Positions 39,836 through 50,812 of a stretch of 64,000 bases of DNA are shown one piece after another. Position 1 is the first letter of the stretch. Each line of letters starts with the position of its first letter. The notes under the pieces are model-generated. The model ran no database searches. It was not told the origin of the DNA and saw only the letters and a list, made by a program, of their open reading frames with translations. This DNA comes from Candidatus Latescibacterota bacterium (GTDB lineage: Bacteria; Latescibacterota; UBA2968): the NCBI GenBank assembly GCA_965207885.1, contig OZ242311.1, positions 4,448,001-4,512,000 on the forward strand, read 5' to 3'. The translations under genes were made by a program, and so were the position numbers.

Positions 39836-42800
39836 TTACAAACCAGGACGTTCAATACCCAACTTTTTCATTTTGCTGTACAGAGTAGAAGGCGGTAATC
39901 CCAGCAGAATCGCCGCACCCTTTGCTCCTTTTACCCGCCAGTTGGTGTCTTGAAGCACTTCAATGAGATATCGGCGTTCAAATTCCTCCAAAGGCACGAC
40001 TTTGGGATCTTGAGAAACTGGCGACGCATTATCTTCATTGTCAGGAGCTATATGAGAACCATATAGTCCGAGATCTCGCACTTCAGTTTGAGAACCGCGG
40101 CACACGATAACCGCTCGTTGTATGATATGCTCCAGTTCCCGCACATTTCCCGGCCAATAGTAGGTTTGCAACCCCTCTATAACATCTGGCGTCAAGGCAC
40201 CGACTTGCTTTCCCAGATGTGTAGCTATGCGAGTCTTGAAAAATTCGGCCAGACGCGGTATATCCTCCTTGCGCTCGCGCAGGGGGGGGAGAATAATTGG
40301 AAAAACCTGGAAACGATAATACAGATCCTCGCGAAAAGTACCTGCACTGACCATCTCCTGCAGGTCGCGATTGGTCGCTGCCACAATCCGCGCCTGCACC
40401 CTCAGTATCTCGCTACCCCCAACGCGCTCAAAAGTACGCTCTTCCAGCAAACGCAACATCCTGGCCTGCGTTTTCGGAGCCATATCACCAATCTCATCCA
40501 AAAAGAGTGTGCCGCCCTTAGCCAGTTCCACCTTGCCCAGCTTGCGAGACACTGCGCTGGTAAACGCCCCCTTCTCATGACCAAAAAGTTCACTATCGAT
40601 CAGCGTTTCAGGCAGTGCACCGCAGTTGACCTGGATAAAAGGACCATCGCAATGGGGACTCAGCGCGTGTAACACCCGCGCAGCCAATCCCTTACCCACA
40701 CCTGTCTCACCCAGAATCAGCACAGTTATATCAGTGGATGCCACCTCCATGAGTCTGATTTGAAACTGGCGCATAGCTTTGCTCTGCCCGATAAACTCTT
40801 TGCCAACACCATCTGTGTTGTTGAGCACGGAGGTCAGCGCGCTGATGCGCGGATCCATCTCTACTGCAAGTTGCACCTGCGCCATCTCTGAGTAATTGAG
40901 GTCGCGATCTACAGCCCTGACCTGAAAGGTGTAGTCTCCCGGTGGCAGGTCCCGGTAATAGACCCGCATCTCTCGGATCGCTGGCTGCCAGTCGTGGTCA
41001 TAGCCCTTCAAACGATAGACATAGAGCATGTCGCGGGGATGAGTGGAAAAACTCAGGCCTTTATACTCGAAAATCACACTCTGCTCTGTCGTAGATAGGA
41101 CTCTTTCCTCTAAGTTCTCATAGACCTTATCCGCGACGACCTGGAGCAGGCGAACAGTGGGAGGCGTCTGTCGTGGGCGGTAGCGTATTATGGCCTCCCC
41201 AGCAGTGCCAAACCAGAAAGCTCCGTTGCGGTCTTCGAGTATTTGGAAAATTGATCCTATATGCGGTGACTTGATGGTCTGAAAAATCTGACCATCGTAG
41301 TGAGCTACACCCCCGTCCATGCCGAGCCAGAGATCTCCTCGCGAATCCTCAAATAAGCAATGGATGCGGTTGCACGGCAAGCCATCTTCGGTGGTAAAGT
41401 TGCGAAAAACAACACCATCAAAGCAACTGAGACCTCTTTGAGTGGCGATCCACAAATTGCCGTGTCGGTCTTCTAATAAGTCGGTAATCCGGTTATCTAA
41501 CAACCCATCTGCAACAGTATAAAAAGAAATACCGTCTTCTATGTGCCACCGCCCGATACCCTTGCCACTGCCGAAGGGATTGTAGGTGCTCACACTAAAC
41601 CAGAATTCACGGTTGCGCCTGGCGACCAGAGCACTAATGTAGTTGAATTGCTCTTCTTTCTTCTCAAAAACGGTTTGGCACTGCCCATCCCGGTAGTAAA
41701 CGATCTGCAGTGGTCTGGCAAACATCTCTTCTGTTTTTTTTCTAAGACCATTTTCCCACTGTCCAAAAATAAGTTGTCCATCCCGGCTCTCGGCGATTGC
41801 GCTGACACCCACTTCACCAGTACCTACGGCAATGTCCATTTTTTGAAAGGCCTGCCCATCGTAGCGAAACAGACCGTTATCCCCTCCAAACCACAGGTGT
41901 CCATCGCGGTCCTCGTAGATGGCGGAACAACTATTGAGATCAAGACCTTGTTCTGCTCCAACAAATTCAAAGTGCTCGCCATCGAAGCGCGCCAGGCTTT
42001 TGGTTGCGGGGCACAGAAAAGGCTCGGAAAATCCGATCCATATATCTCCCTGTCGATCCTGCAACATCCGTGATATTCTACTATCATCTTCGGGAAAATT
42101 CGTACCAAAATCGAAAATACTGATACTATACGCATCGTATAGTCCTAAACCGCCGCCCCATGTGGCGAACCAGAACTGATACTCGCGATCCTGAAATACG
42201 GCGTTGACAACGGGATGGGGCAGGCCATCGACAAGGGTAAACCTGCCGAATCCATCACCATTCCAGTAGAGGACCCCTGTCGAGGTACAGAACCACATCC
42301 GACCTTCGCGGTCACACTGAATTTTGCGTAACTCACCACCCAAATTCACCTCAACAGACTGAAAGGCACCATCGGCATAGCACCACAGTCCATCTCTGCG
42401 CTGCGATCGACCAATCCACACCTTGCCAGTATGATCCTTGCCCACAGTATAGCTACTCTGGTCTGGTGGAAAACCCTCTTTCTCGTCGTATCGATAAAAG
42501 GATTCTCCATCGAAGCGGATGAGGTAGTCAAAGCCAAACCACAGGTGGCCTTCCATATCCTGGGTGATGCCCCAACACTGATTGGTCCACTCAGGAGAAG
42601 GCGGCTGCTCATAGTGCTGTAGATAGAGCGGAATCAGGTCGTGGAAAGCTGTGCCCTCGTAATACCCCAGAGTACTGATACCACCAAACCATATACGGCC
42701 CTTATTATCTTCGTAGATGAATAACACGGATCGGTCTGCGATCCCATCGTCCTCCAAATGATGGAAATTTATCCCATCGTACCAGCAGACCCCATTCATT

Positions 42801-43045
42801 GTACCGAACCATAGCCGCTTCTGACTATCCAAATGGATGGCAAAAACTCGATCGCTACACAAACCTTCCTGCTCGGTAAACGTCTCGAACTTGTCCCCAT
42901 CAAAGCGGCTAACACCACTATCCCAGGTAGCAATCCAGAGGCAACCCTCGCTGTCTTCTGCGATATGTTCGGTGCGCACCCCAGCCAGACCATTGGCAAG
43001 GGAATAAGTCCGCCAGGTGCCCTTTCTGTCGAGTGACTCGATCAT
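39836..43045 (-). CDS. sigma54-dependent activator with N-terminal beta-propeller (Reg_prop) and YYY domains
   Basis: ED..G.LW..T..G repeats; [23 protein letters not shown]; [29 protein letters not shown]-terminal HTH. Confidence 0.92.
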   Translation of the reverse strand: MIESLDRKGTWRTYSLANGLAGVRTEHIAEDSEGCLWIATWDSGVSRFDGDKFETFTEQEGLCSDRVFAIHLDSQKRLWFGTMNGVCWYDGINFHHLEDDGIADRSVLFIYEDNKGRIWFGGISTLGYYEGTAFHDLIPLYLQHYEQPPSPEWTNQCWGITQDMEGHLWFGFDYLIRFDGESFYRYDEKEGFPPDQSSYTVGKDHTGKVWIGRSQRRDGLWCYADGAFQSVEVNLGGELRKIQCDREGRMWFCTSTGVLYWNGDGFGRFTLVDGLPHPVVNAVFQDREYQFWFATWGGGLGLYDAYSISIFDFGTNFPEDDSRISRMLQDRQGDIWIGFSEPFLCPATKSLARFDGEHFEFVGAEQGLDLNSCSAIYEDRDGHLWFGGDNGLFRYDGQAFQKMDIAVGTGEVGVSAIAESRDGQLIFGQWENGLRKKTEEMFARPLQIVYYRDGQCQTVFEKKEEQFNYISALVARRNREFWFSVSTYNPFGSGKGIGRWHIEDGISFYTVADGLLDNRITDLLEDRHGNLWIATQRGLSCFDGVVFRNFTTEDGLPCNRIHCLFEDSRGDLWLGMDGGVAHYDGQIFQTIKSPHIGSIFQILEDRNGAFWFGTAGEAIIRYRPRQTPPTVRLLQVVADKVYENLEERVLSTTEQSVIFEYKGLSFSTHPRDMLYVYRLKGYDHDWQPAIREMRVYYRDLPPGDYTFQVRAVDRDLNYSEMAQVQLAVEMDPRISALTSVLNNTDGVGKEFIGQSKAMRQFQIRLMEVASTDITVLILGETGVGKGLAARVLHALSPHCDGPFIQVNCGALPETLIDSELFGHEKGAFTSAVSRKLGKVELAKGGTLFLDEIGDMAPKTQARMLRLLEERTFERVGGSEILRVQARIVAATNRDLQEMVSAGTFREDLYYRFQVFPIILPPLRERKEDIPRLAEFFKTRIATHLGKQVGALTPDVIEGLQTYYWPGNVRELEHIIQRAVIVCRGSQTEVRDLGLYGSHIAPDNEDNASPVSQDPKVVPLEEFERRYLIEVLQDTNWRVKGAKGAAILLGLPPSTLYSKMKKLGIERPGL

Positions 43046-43221
43046 GGCTAAGAAACCTCATGATATAGGTGAAAGAAAACTCTACCCCGCCCCAAAATAT
43101 CATGCAACATCCCAACCAAAATATTTATCCCAGGCGAGTGAATCATTAACCCTATTACTTTGACGCTTTACCTCTCCAATGGTTCGGATTCCTAAAGACA
43201 ATATCAGTTCTGTTTGAAAGG

Positions 43222-43238
43222 TGCAATATGCGTGCCAA
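43222..43238 (-). promoter_or_regulatory. Second sigma54 promoter, upstream of activator 1
   Basis: TTGGCACGCATATTGCA. Confidence 0.85.
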
Positions 43239-43330
43239 CGTGAATATCTCGAGGCAATTGTAATCATAACAGATTATTTTTACTCAAGATATGATTTTTT
43301 TAAAAAATAAAAAACCAGACTGTACTTCAT

Positions 43331-43362
43331 CTAATAATGGACAATAGACCGTCCATTATTAG
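43331..43362. promoter_or_regulatory. Candidate enhancer palindrome
   Basis: CTAATAATGGAC-N8-GTCCATTATTAG, ~110 bp from the -24 box as in module 1. Confidence 0.65.
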
Positions 43363-43444
43363 TCAATCTGGCTTCTTTGATTCTGCTATATGTAGAGTTT
43401 TACAATAAAGGTCTCTATATCGCATTAAAAATGATATATCGCAT

Positions 43445-46400
43445 TCATGAAGAACGTCTAATACCCAATTTTTTCATTCGGCTGTACAGGGTAGAAGGCG
43501 GCAATTCCAGCCGCGCCGCCGCGCCTTTTGTTCCCTTTACCTTCCAATTAGTAATTTCGAGCACTTCGAGAATATAGAGACGTTCAAATTCATCCAAAGG
43601 CACGATTTCGCGGTCTTGAGAATCCGATAAGGAAGTCCACACCAGGTCCAGAGCAGCGCCTTTGATTCGCGAACGATACGATCCAAGATCCTCCAATTCG
43701 ATCCGAGCCCCCTGGCACACGGTTACTGCTCGCTGCATCGCATGCTCCAGTTCCCGCACATTTCCAGGCCAATCGTAGGCTTGAAACTCCTCTATAACAT
43801 CTGGCGTCAAGGGACCTATCTCCTTGCCGATATGAGCCGCCATGCAAGCCTTGAAAAATTCAGCCAGATCCGGTATATCCTCCTTGCGCTCGCGCAGAGG
43901 TGGCAAATAAAGCGGAAAACCATAGATGCGATAATAGAGGTCCTCGCGAAAAGCACCTGTGCTGACCATCTCCTCCAGGTTGCGATTGGTCGATGCTACA
44001 ATGCGCGTCTGCGCTTTTAGTGTCTCGCCCCCCCCAACGCGCTCAAACGTTCCCTCTTCCAGCAAGCGCAATAGCCTGGCCTGCGTTTCCAGAGTCATAT
44101 CGCCGATCTCGTCCAAAAAGAGCGTGCCATCTTTGGCCAGTTCCACCTTGCCCAGCCTGCGAGAAACTGCACTGGCAAAAGCCCCTTTCTCGTGACCAAA
44201 CAGTTCACTATCGATCAATGTCTGGGACAGGGCACCGCAGTTGACCTGAATAAAAGGACCACCATTATGGGCACTCTGTTCGTGTAATACCCGCGCAGCC
44301 AATCCCTTACCCACACCCGTCTCACCCATAATCAGCACGGATAGATCAGTCGATGCTACCTCCTTGAGTCTGGTTTGAAACTGGCCCAGGGCCGTACTCT
44401 GCCCGATAAATTTGTTGCTCTCCTGGCTATTGAGTGCCGCTGTCAGAGCTTCAATACGCAAGTCTGGTTCTATTGAGATTTGCACCTGTGCTATCTCTGA
44501 GTAATTGAGGTCGCGATCTACAGCCCTGACCTGAAAGGTGTAATCGCCCGGTGGCAAATCCCGGTAATGCGCCCTCATTTCTCGGGTCGCTGGCTGCCAG
44601 TCGAGGTCGTGTCCCTCCAGGCGATAGACATAGAGCATATCGCTGGAACGAGTAGAAAAGCTCAGGCCCTTGTACTCGAAAATCACATTCTGCTCTGTGA
44701 TAGATAGGATGCCTTCTTCTATGTTCTCATGGACCTTATCGGTAATCACCTGCAGCAGGCAAATCCGAGGCGGGGTTTTTTGTTGCCTATAGCGCACCAG
44801 AGAATTTTGGACTGTCCCGAACCAAAAGACTCCATCACGGTCTTCGAGTATTTGAAGAACAGGTCCTATATGCGGCGAATTGATGGTCTGGAAAAGTTGA
44901 CCATCGTAGTGAGCCACGCCCCCGTCTGTGCCAATCCAGATGTGGCCTCGCTGATCTTCTAACAAGCAGCGGATGCGGTTGCTCGGCAAACCGTCTTCAG
45001 TGGTGAAGGTGTGGAAGGTGCTACCATCAAAGCGACTGAGACCGCTTTGGGTAGCAATCCATACGCTCCCATGCAGGTCTTCCAGCAGGTCCTCGACTTT
45101 GTCATCTATCAGCCCATCTTCAATCCCATAAAATTTAAGGCCATCTTCGGAATGCCAGCGCGCAAAACCCTTATCTTTGTCGAAAAAATTTGGGTAATGA
45201 ATAAAAAAATAAAACTCGCCATTACGCCCGGCAATCACCGTGCCGATGCGGCCGAAAGGATCTCTCTGTACATTAACCTCAAGAATAGTTTGTAACTGAT
45301 CGTCTCGCTGGTAAAAGAGCCTCAATGGGCTACCCCAAAAGTCTCTTTTTCTTGTTATTTTTTCTTTTCCCCAATCGCCAAAAAGAAATCTCCCTTGCGA
45401 ATCCTGGGCAATTGCACAAATACCACTTTCGCCTAAACCTGCAGTTGTTTGCATTTTTTTGAGCTTATCTCCATCATAGCGGAACAAGCCATTGCCACCT
45501 CCAAACCACAGGTCCCCGGCGGAGTCCGCGTAGATGGCGAAACAGTTGTTGATGTCAAAACCATCCTCAGTGCCTACGAATTCAAAGTGCTCGCCATCAA
45601 AGCGAAAAACGCTTTTCTCCACACGGTTGAGAAAGGGAGCTATATACCCGACCCATATATCTCCTCGCCTGTCTTGCACGATCTGTGAGATCTCAACCAT
45701 ATTGTTGTTTTCAAAAACCGCCGCATTGTGATCAAAAACACTGATACTATGTGCATCGTAAAGCCCGACGCCCCCCCAGGTAGCAAACCAGAACTGATGC
45801 TCGCGGTCCTGGAACACAGCTTTGACTGCGGGATGGGGCAAGCCATCGGCAACGGTAAACCTGCTAAACCCATCTCCATCCTGATAGAACACCCCATCTG
45901 AAGTGCAAAACCACATCCGCCCTTCCCTGTCGCACTGAATTTTGCGCAGGCTGTCACCCAAATCTACCTCAACAGATTGGAAGGTGCCATCGGCATAGTA
46001 ACAGAGTTTATCCTGGTATCTACGATGACCGATCCAAACATAGCCGGTAGAGTCCTGCGCCACAGCATAGGCCGTGTTGCCTTTCGGAAAACCATCTTTC
46101 TTCTCATAGCGATGAAAGGATGTGCCGTCGAAACGGATGAGGTAGTTAAATCCAAACCACATCTGACCTTGTGGATCCTGAGCAATACCCCGACACTGAC
46201 TGGGCCAGAGAGGAGAAGGCGGCTCCTCATAATGCTGAAGGTAGATCGGAATTAAATCGCGGAACACAGTGCCATCATAATATCCCAGAGTCCTGTGACC
46301 GCCACACCATATACGCCCCTCCCTGTCTTCGTAGATGAACTGCACAGCACGCCCTGCGATCCCATCGTCCTCCAAATGGTGGAAATCTGCTCCGTCATAC

Positions 46401-46663
46401 CAGCAGACCCCATTTAGTGTACCAAACCACAATCGCTTCTGACTGTCCTGTAAAATAAAATAAACGCGGTCGCTAATCAGACCATCCTGTCGCGTAAAAT
46501 TCTGGAACTCGTCTCCGTCAAAGCGGCTGGCCCCATTGTCCCAGGTGGCGAACCAGAGATAGCCCTGGCTATCCTCGGCGATGTGTTCAATGCGCATCCC
46601 AGCCAGGCCATCTGCCATAGAATAAGTTTGCCAGGTACCCGTGCGGTCAAGTGACTTGATCAT
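43445..46663 (-). CDS. Paralogous beta-propeller/YYY sigma54 activator with GAFASA loop
   Basis: Collinear with 39836-43045 over its full length; start MIKSLDR aligns with MIESLDR. Confidence 0.9.
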   Translation of the reverse strand: MIKSLDRTGTWQTYSMADGLAGMRIEHIAEDSQGYLWFATWDNGASRFDGDEFQNFTRQDGLISDRVYFILQDSQKRLWFGTLNGVCWYDGADFHHLEDDGIAGRAVQFIYEDREGRIWCGGHRTLGYYDGTVFRDLIPIYLQHYEEPPSPLWPSQCRGIAQDPQGQMWFGFNYLIRFDGTSFHRYEKKDGFPKGNTAYAVAQDSTGYVWIGHRRYQDKLCYYADGTFQSVEVDLGDSLRKIQCDREGRMWFCTSDGVFYQDGDGFSRFTVADGLPHPAVKAVFQDREHQFWFATWGGVGLYDAHSISVFDHNAAVFENNNMVEISQIVQDRRGDIWVGYIAPFLNRVEKSVFRFDGEHFEFVGTEDGFDINNCFAIYADSAGDLWFGGGNGLFRYDGDKLKKMQTTAGLGESGICAIAQDSQGRFLFGDWGKEKITRKRDFWGSPLRLFYQRDDQLQTILEVNVQRDPFGRIGTVIAGRNGEFYFFIHYPNFFDKDKGFARWHSEDGLKFYGIEDGLIDDKVEDLLEDLHGSVWIATQSGLSRFDGSTFHTFTTEDGLPSNRIRCLLEDQRGHIWIGTDGGVAHYDGQLFQTINSPHIGPVLQILEDRDGVFWFGTVQNSLVRYRQQKTPPRICLLQVITDKVHENIEEGILSITEQNVIFEYKGLSFSTRSSDMLYVYRLEGHDLDWQPATREMRAHYRDLPPGDYTFQVRAVDRDLNYSEIAQVQISIEPDLRIEALTAALNSQESNKFIGQSTALGQFQTRLKEVASTDLSVLIMGETGVGKGLAARVLHEQSAHNGGPFIQVNCGALSQTLIDSELFGHEKGAFASAVSRRLGKVELAKDGTLFLDEIGDMTLETQARLLRLLEEGTFERVGGGETLKAQTRIVASTNRNLEEMVSTGAFREDLYYRIYGFPLYLPPLRERKEDIPDLAEFFKACMAAHIGKEIGPLTPDVIEEFQAYDWPGNVRELEHAMQRAVTVCQGARIELEDLGSYRSRIKGAALDLVWTSLSDSQDREIVPLDEFERLYILEVLEITNWKVKGTKGAAARLELPPSTLYSRMKKLGIRRSS

Positions 46664-46861
46664 AAAAAAGAAACCTTGCGATATTGGTAAAAGAAAACCG
46701 GATAGATTCAACTCTTTCAAGACAGACCAAACTCTTTTGCTGCAAAAAAAATTTGTGTAATATATGTGCTAATGTGAATTTATTCAAGCAATTATATGTT
46801 ATAAGATATTATTTTTTATGGGGCATAATGGATCGCGCATCGCCTACATTCATATCCATCG

Positions 46862-48148
46862 TCACATCTCCTTTGCCACACCGGCAACCGCTTCAATCGT
46901 CGCATCAATCACATCATCTGTATGCGCTGTCGATAAAAACCACGCGCCTCGCTCCAACGCGCGCACGCCTTTGTAGTGGAGTGCCTCTGTAAATTTGATG
47001 TACTGCTCGCGATCTGCTTGAAGCGAACTCCGATAATCGACAACTGGGGCATCAACGCCAAAGCCCACGTGAAAAATCTGCGGGAAACCCGCAACCCTGG
47101 CTTGAATACCGACATCTCTTAGTGCGCGCGCGATACCTTCCATAAGCCGATTGCCCCGCGCATTGAGCGCGTCAAACGTCTCTTCTTTGCCCAACTCAGT
47201 CAGCGTAGCGATCACCGCGGCCATAGAAGCGGGTTGCGCATTATAAGTGCCGCCGTGCATCACATCCGCGACGAGCATATCCATCAAATCGCCTCGCCCT
47301 GCCAAACACGAAACTGGAAACCCATTGGCTATCGCCTTGCCAAACGTCGCCAGATCGGGCGTCACCCCAAAGTATTGCTGTGCGCCGCCAGGCGCCACGC
47401 GAAACCCCGTAATCACCTCGTCAAAAATGAGCACCGTTCCCGTATCGGTACACACCTCTCGAAGCCCTTCCAAATAGCCCTCAGCGGGAAAAATTGTGCT
47501 GGTATTGCACATCGCAGGCTCCATAATAACAGCCGCGACATCCCCGCGTTTCAGGCGTGCACTCAGAAGCTCCAGATTATTCCAGGGAAGCACCTCAGTG
47601 TGCTGACCTACCAGCAGGTCTTGCCCTGCACTGGCGGGAATGGGAATGGGCGCATCAACCGGACCATACTGCTCGGGCGGGGGCGCGACAGACCACAGCA
47701 CATTGTCAAACCAGCCGTGATAATGTCCCTCAAATTTGATAACACAAAACCGCTCCGTAGCCGCACGTGCCAGGCGCAAAGCCGCCTGCACCACTTCACT
47801 ACCCGTGCAGTTAAAACGCACCCGCTCCGCGCAGGGCACCATATCGCAAACCATCCTGGCTGCCTCTTGCTCTACTGCTGTTTGTCCGGCAAAAAGAATG
47901 CCCGACTCGAGCTGTTCTCGAACAGCAGACAATACGGGTTCTGGATTGTGCCCGAGAATCATCGGCCCCATGCCCAGATAATAATCGATCAAACGATTGC
48001 CATCCACATCGTAGAGATATGGCCCTTCGCCGCGTTCAAAAACCAGAGGCGAGGGAACCATCCCCAGCCGAAAATTGCTGTTCACACCGCCCGGCAAATA
48101 GCGCGAGGCTTCGGCGATCAAACGCCTGGATTCTTCAAAACTTTTCAT
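46862..48148 (-). CDS. Class III aminotransferase (glutamate-1-semialdehyde aminomutase-like)
   Basis: LPGGVNS, DVDGN, KFEGHYHG, LIFDEVITGFR, PDLATFGKAIANG, HGGTYN. Confidence 0.88.
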   Translation of the reverse strand: MKSFEESRRLIAEASRYLPGGVNSNFRLGMVPSPLVFERGEGPYLYDVDGNRLIDYYLGMGPMILGHNPEPVLSAVREQLESGILFAGQTAVEQEAARMVCDMVPCAERVRFNCTGSEVVQAALRLARAATERFCVIKFEGHYHGWFDNVLWSVAPPPEQYGPVDAPIPIPASAGQDLLVGQHTEVLPWNNLELLSARLKRGDVAAVIMEPAMCNTSTIFPAEGYLEGLREVCTDTGTVLIFDEVITGFRVAPGGAQQYFGVTPDLATFGKAIANGFPVSCLAGRGDLMDMLVADVMHGGTYNAQPASMAAVIATLTELGKEETFDALNARGNRLMEGIARALRDVGIQARVAGFPQIFHVGFGVDAPVVDYRSSLQADREQYIKFTEALHYKGVRALERGAWFLSTAHTDDVIDATIEAVAGVAKEM

Positions 48149-49100
48149 GGGATGATTCTTTATCGAGTTCCATAAATCGCACACGTGAGGAAACATCTTC
48201 GAGAAGGGCGCGGTTGGTGGCGATGAGATCGGCGACAATACCGGTGAGAAACATCTGAAATCCAGCGAGCAGAAGGATAGCGGCGAGGATAAGCGATTGA
48301 ATGTGAAGCTCGCCTTCGTCGGTAAAAAAGAAAAAATAGAGAAACCGGAGACCAATTAACGTGCCAAAAGCGAAAACAACAGCACCAAAAATAGAAAATA
48401 TGCGGAGTGCTTTGTAGCGTGCGTAAGTCCTCAAACTGATCATGCCCGACTTAAAAACAAATACACCCGGATTTTTGAAAAGGCGAGATTCGCGTGTTTT
48501 GGGATTCGTGCGAATGGGCACAGTTTCGACAGCGAGACGGTCTTGACCTGCTTGCACAACATGCTCGGCGGTGTGATCAAAATCCGTAAACATCGACAGA
48601 TGCAGGACCGCGTCTCGTGAAAAGGCGCGGAAACCACTGGCGACATCGGGCACCTCAATATGGGCGAGGCGACTGATGACGCGACTACCCAAACCCTGTA
48701 GCCATCGTTTAACAAAAGAAAAGTGGCCGATATCACCTGTCTGTCGATCTCCAATAACGATATGGGCGCGCTTTTTGAGAATGGGCTGAACGAGCGCGAC
48801 AATATCAGGACCGTAGTACTGGTTATCGCCATCGGTATTGACAATAATATCGGCACCGAGTTTGAGGCCAGTGTCAAAACCCGCTTTGAATGCATGACCC
48901 AGACCGCGATTTTTAGGGAATCTGATAATATGATCCACGCCGAGGTCGCGCGCGACCTCAGACGTGCGATCCGTAGAACCATCGTCAATGACCAGAATCT
49001 CGACTTTGTCAATACCGGGAACTTTGCGCGGAATATCGTTAACCGTAGCGGGCAGGGTTTCTTCTTCGTTGAAGCAGGGGATTTGGACAATCAGTTTCAT
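48135..49100 (-). CDS. Glycosyltransferase family 2 with C-terminal TM helices
   Basis: IPCFNEE, IDDGSTD, NTDGDNQY, SGFRA. Confidence 0.9.
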   Translation of the reverse strand: MKLIVQIPCFNEEETLPATVNDIPRKVPGIDKVEILVIDDGSTDRTSEVARDLGVDHIIRFPKNRGLGHAFKAGFDTGLKLGADIIVNTDGDNQYYGPDIVALVQPILKKRAHIVIGDRQTGDIGHFSFVKRWLQGLGSRVISRLAHIEVPDVASGFRAFSRDAVLHLSMFTDFDHTAEHVVQAGQDRLAVETVPIRTNPKTRESRLFKNPGVFVFKSGMISLRTYARYKALRIFSIFGAVVFAFGTLIGLRFLYFFFFTDEGELHIQSLILAAILLLAGFQMFLTGIVADLIATNRALLEDVSSRVRFMELDKESSHEKF

Positions 49101-49101
49101 T

Positions 49102-50775
49102 TTAGTCGCCAAAAATAGCAGCCGATGCGGCTTCGGCCTTTTTCATTTTTTCTTCATCGGATAAATCACCCATCGCTTTGTAAAAAATTTCATCGTAATC
49201 GCGCGTTTTAATAACCACGGGCATAGGTACCGCATGACCAAATACAAGAGCTTGCTGTTTGGAATCGAGACTCGCCAGAACACTTCGCAAGCCAGCGGCA
49301 TTGGACACCCCTGTGAGCACTCCCTGTATGTCTTTTTCGTCATTTAGCAAAGCCGTGATTTTTGTGCCGAGTTGTGAAAGTACCTCTTCGTCAATACCCG
49401 AGGGACGCTGGTCAACCACGAGGAGCGAAACGTAATATTTACGCATTTCCCTGGCAATCGTACCAAAAATGGTTTGCCTTGCAGTCGCGGGATTTAGAAA
49501 CTTGTGGGCCTCTTCTATGGTGATAACCAGGTGCCGCGGCTGATCTTCGGGATTTTGCGAGGCGTAAAACTTTTCGCTTTTTGTGACGTATTGTTCGTGA
49601 ATGCGGCGAGAGAGAATATTCGCCACGAGCAAATACGCGAGCATGCCGGTCTGCCGACCAAACTCGAGCACAATGTGAATGCCGCGGTCGATGTAATCCA
49701 TCATCGTATCGACGGCATCGGCTCCGTTGAGGCTATTGACCATAAAGGGAAAGTTTTCAAGGCGTTTGAGTTTGCGATGTAGCGCGGAAAGCGAACTTTT
49801 ATTGGCGCCGATATCCTCGGCAAATTGCTCGACATCGGGACCATCAATAGAAAGCAATTGGCGCAGCCAGCGATCTTTGTACATCGCGTAAACGAGATAG
49901 GCAGATTCAGAAGCCGTGGGATTGAGTTGCAGTTCGTCTTGCAACGCGATAACATCTTCGACCGCGACCTGATCGTAGGTGATGTACACCTCGTGGTCGG
50001 GTTGAATACCGCGCTGCCGAGACGATTCGGGATCGAGAGAAAAAAGGGCGACCTGATTCCCAAAAAGCTGCTTAAGGCCCTTGACAAAGCTATTGCCCTG
50101 CCCGCCCTCTTTCATAGCGCGAAAACCGTATTCATTGTGCATATCAAAAATGAGATTGACGGCTTTCTTGTTTTTGATCAGACCGCACAATACCAGACGC
50201 GTGAGAAAGGACTTACCCGTGCCCGTCTTGCCAAAAATGCCATTGCTGCGTTCGACAAAGCGATTGAGATTGATGCACACCGGCGTATCCATATCCAATG
50301 GCGTACCCATGTTGAAAAACCGGTCGTCTTTTTCCTCGCTGCCAAAAACGCGCGAGACATCCTCTTTTTCAGCTTCAACAACTTTGGAAAAATGACTGGG
50401 AATAGTTTTCACCGGACGCGGTTCATCGACGATTTCTTCGCCCTGTTCCAGCATAAGCATGGGGCGCAGTGCAACTGTGACATAGGTGCTGGAACCATTG
50501 AGAACGCTGTGCAATAACTGATCGCTCTCGCGCGGTGGATAAAGCAAAATTTCGGGATTGGTCGCATCCAAACTCAGGTCGGTGATCATGGAGAAAAACT
50601 GATTTTTATACCCCTCAATAACCACAAATTTGCCAGCTTTGACGTCTTCTACGCTGCGGTCGGGGTTGAGCTTCATCTCAACGCCCTCGGTCAAAGACCC
50701 CTGCGTGACAACGCCGATTTCGCCGCCATCCTGAATATTGGGCGAACCATTTAGATTATTCCAAAGATCGTTCAT
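49102..50775 (-). CDS. herA: HerA-type helicase/ATPase with N-terminal HAS barrel
   Basis: GKTGTGKS, IFDMHNEY, IEEAH, IAREMRKY, QRPS. Confidence 0.88.
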   Translation of the reverse strand: MNDLWNNLNGSPNIQDGGEIGVVTQGSLTEGVEMKLNPDRSVEDVKAGKFVVIEGYKNQFFSMITDLSLDATNPEILLYPPRESDQLLHSVLNGSSTYVTVALRPMLMLEQGEEIVDEPRPVKTIPSHFSKVVEAEKEDVSRVFGSEEKDDRFFNMGTPLDMDTPVCINLNRFVERSNGIFGKTGTGKSFLTRLVLCGLIKNKKAVNLIFDMHNEYGFRAMKEGGQGNSFVKGLKQLFGNQVALFSLDPESSRQRGIQPDHEVYITYDQVAVEDVIALQDELQLNPTASESAYLVYAMYKDRWLRQLLSIDGPDVEQFAEDIGANKSSLSALHRKLKRLENFPFMVNSLNGADAVDTMMDYIDRGIHIVLEFGRQTGMLAYLLVANILSRRIHEQYVTKSEKFYASQNPEDQPRHLVITIEEAHKFLNPATARQTIFGTIAREMRKYYVSLLVVDQRPSGIDEEVLSQLGTKITALLNDEKDIQGVLTGVSNAAGLRSVLASLDSKQQALVFGHAVPMPVVIKTRDYDEIFYKAMGDLSDEEKMKKAEAASAAIFGD

Positions 50776-50812
50776 AAAAGATAGCTTTCATCCGTTCTTA
50801 CACTCTTCAAAC

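Noticed and set aside
46862-48148. Gene symbol hemL
   Set aside because: The family is clear but there is no heme-pathway context, and paralogs with other substrates are common
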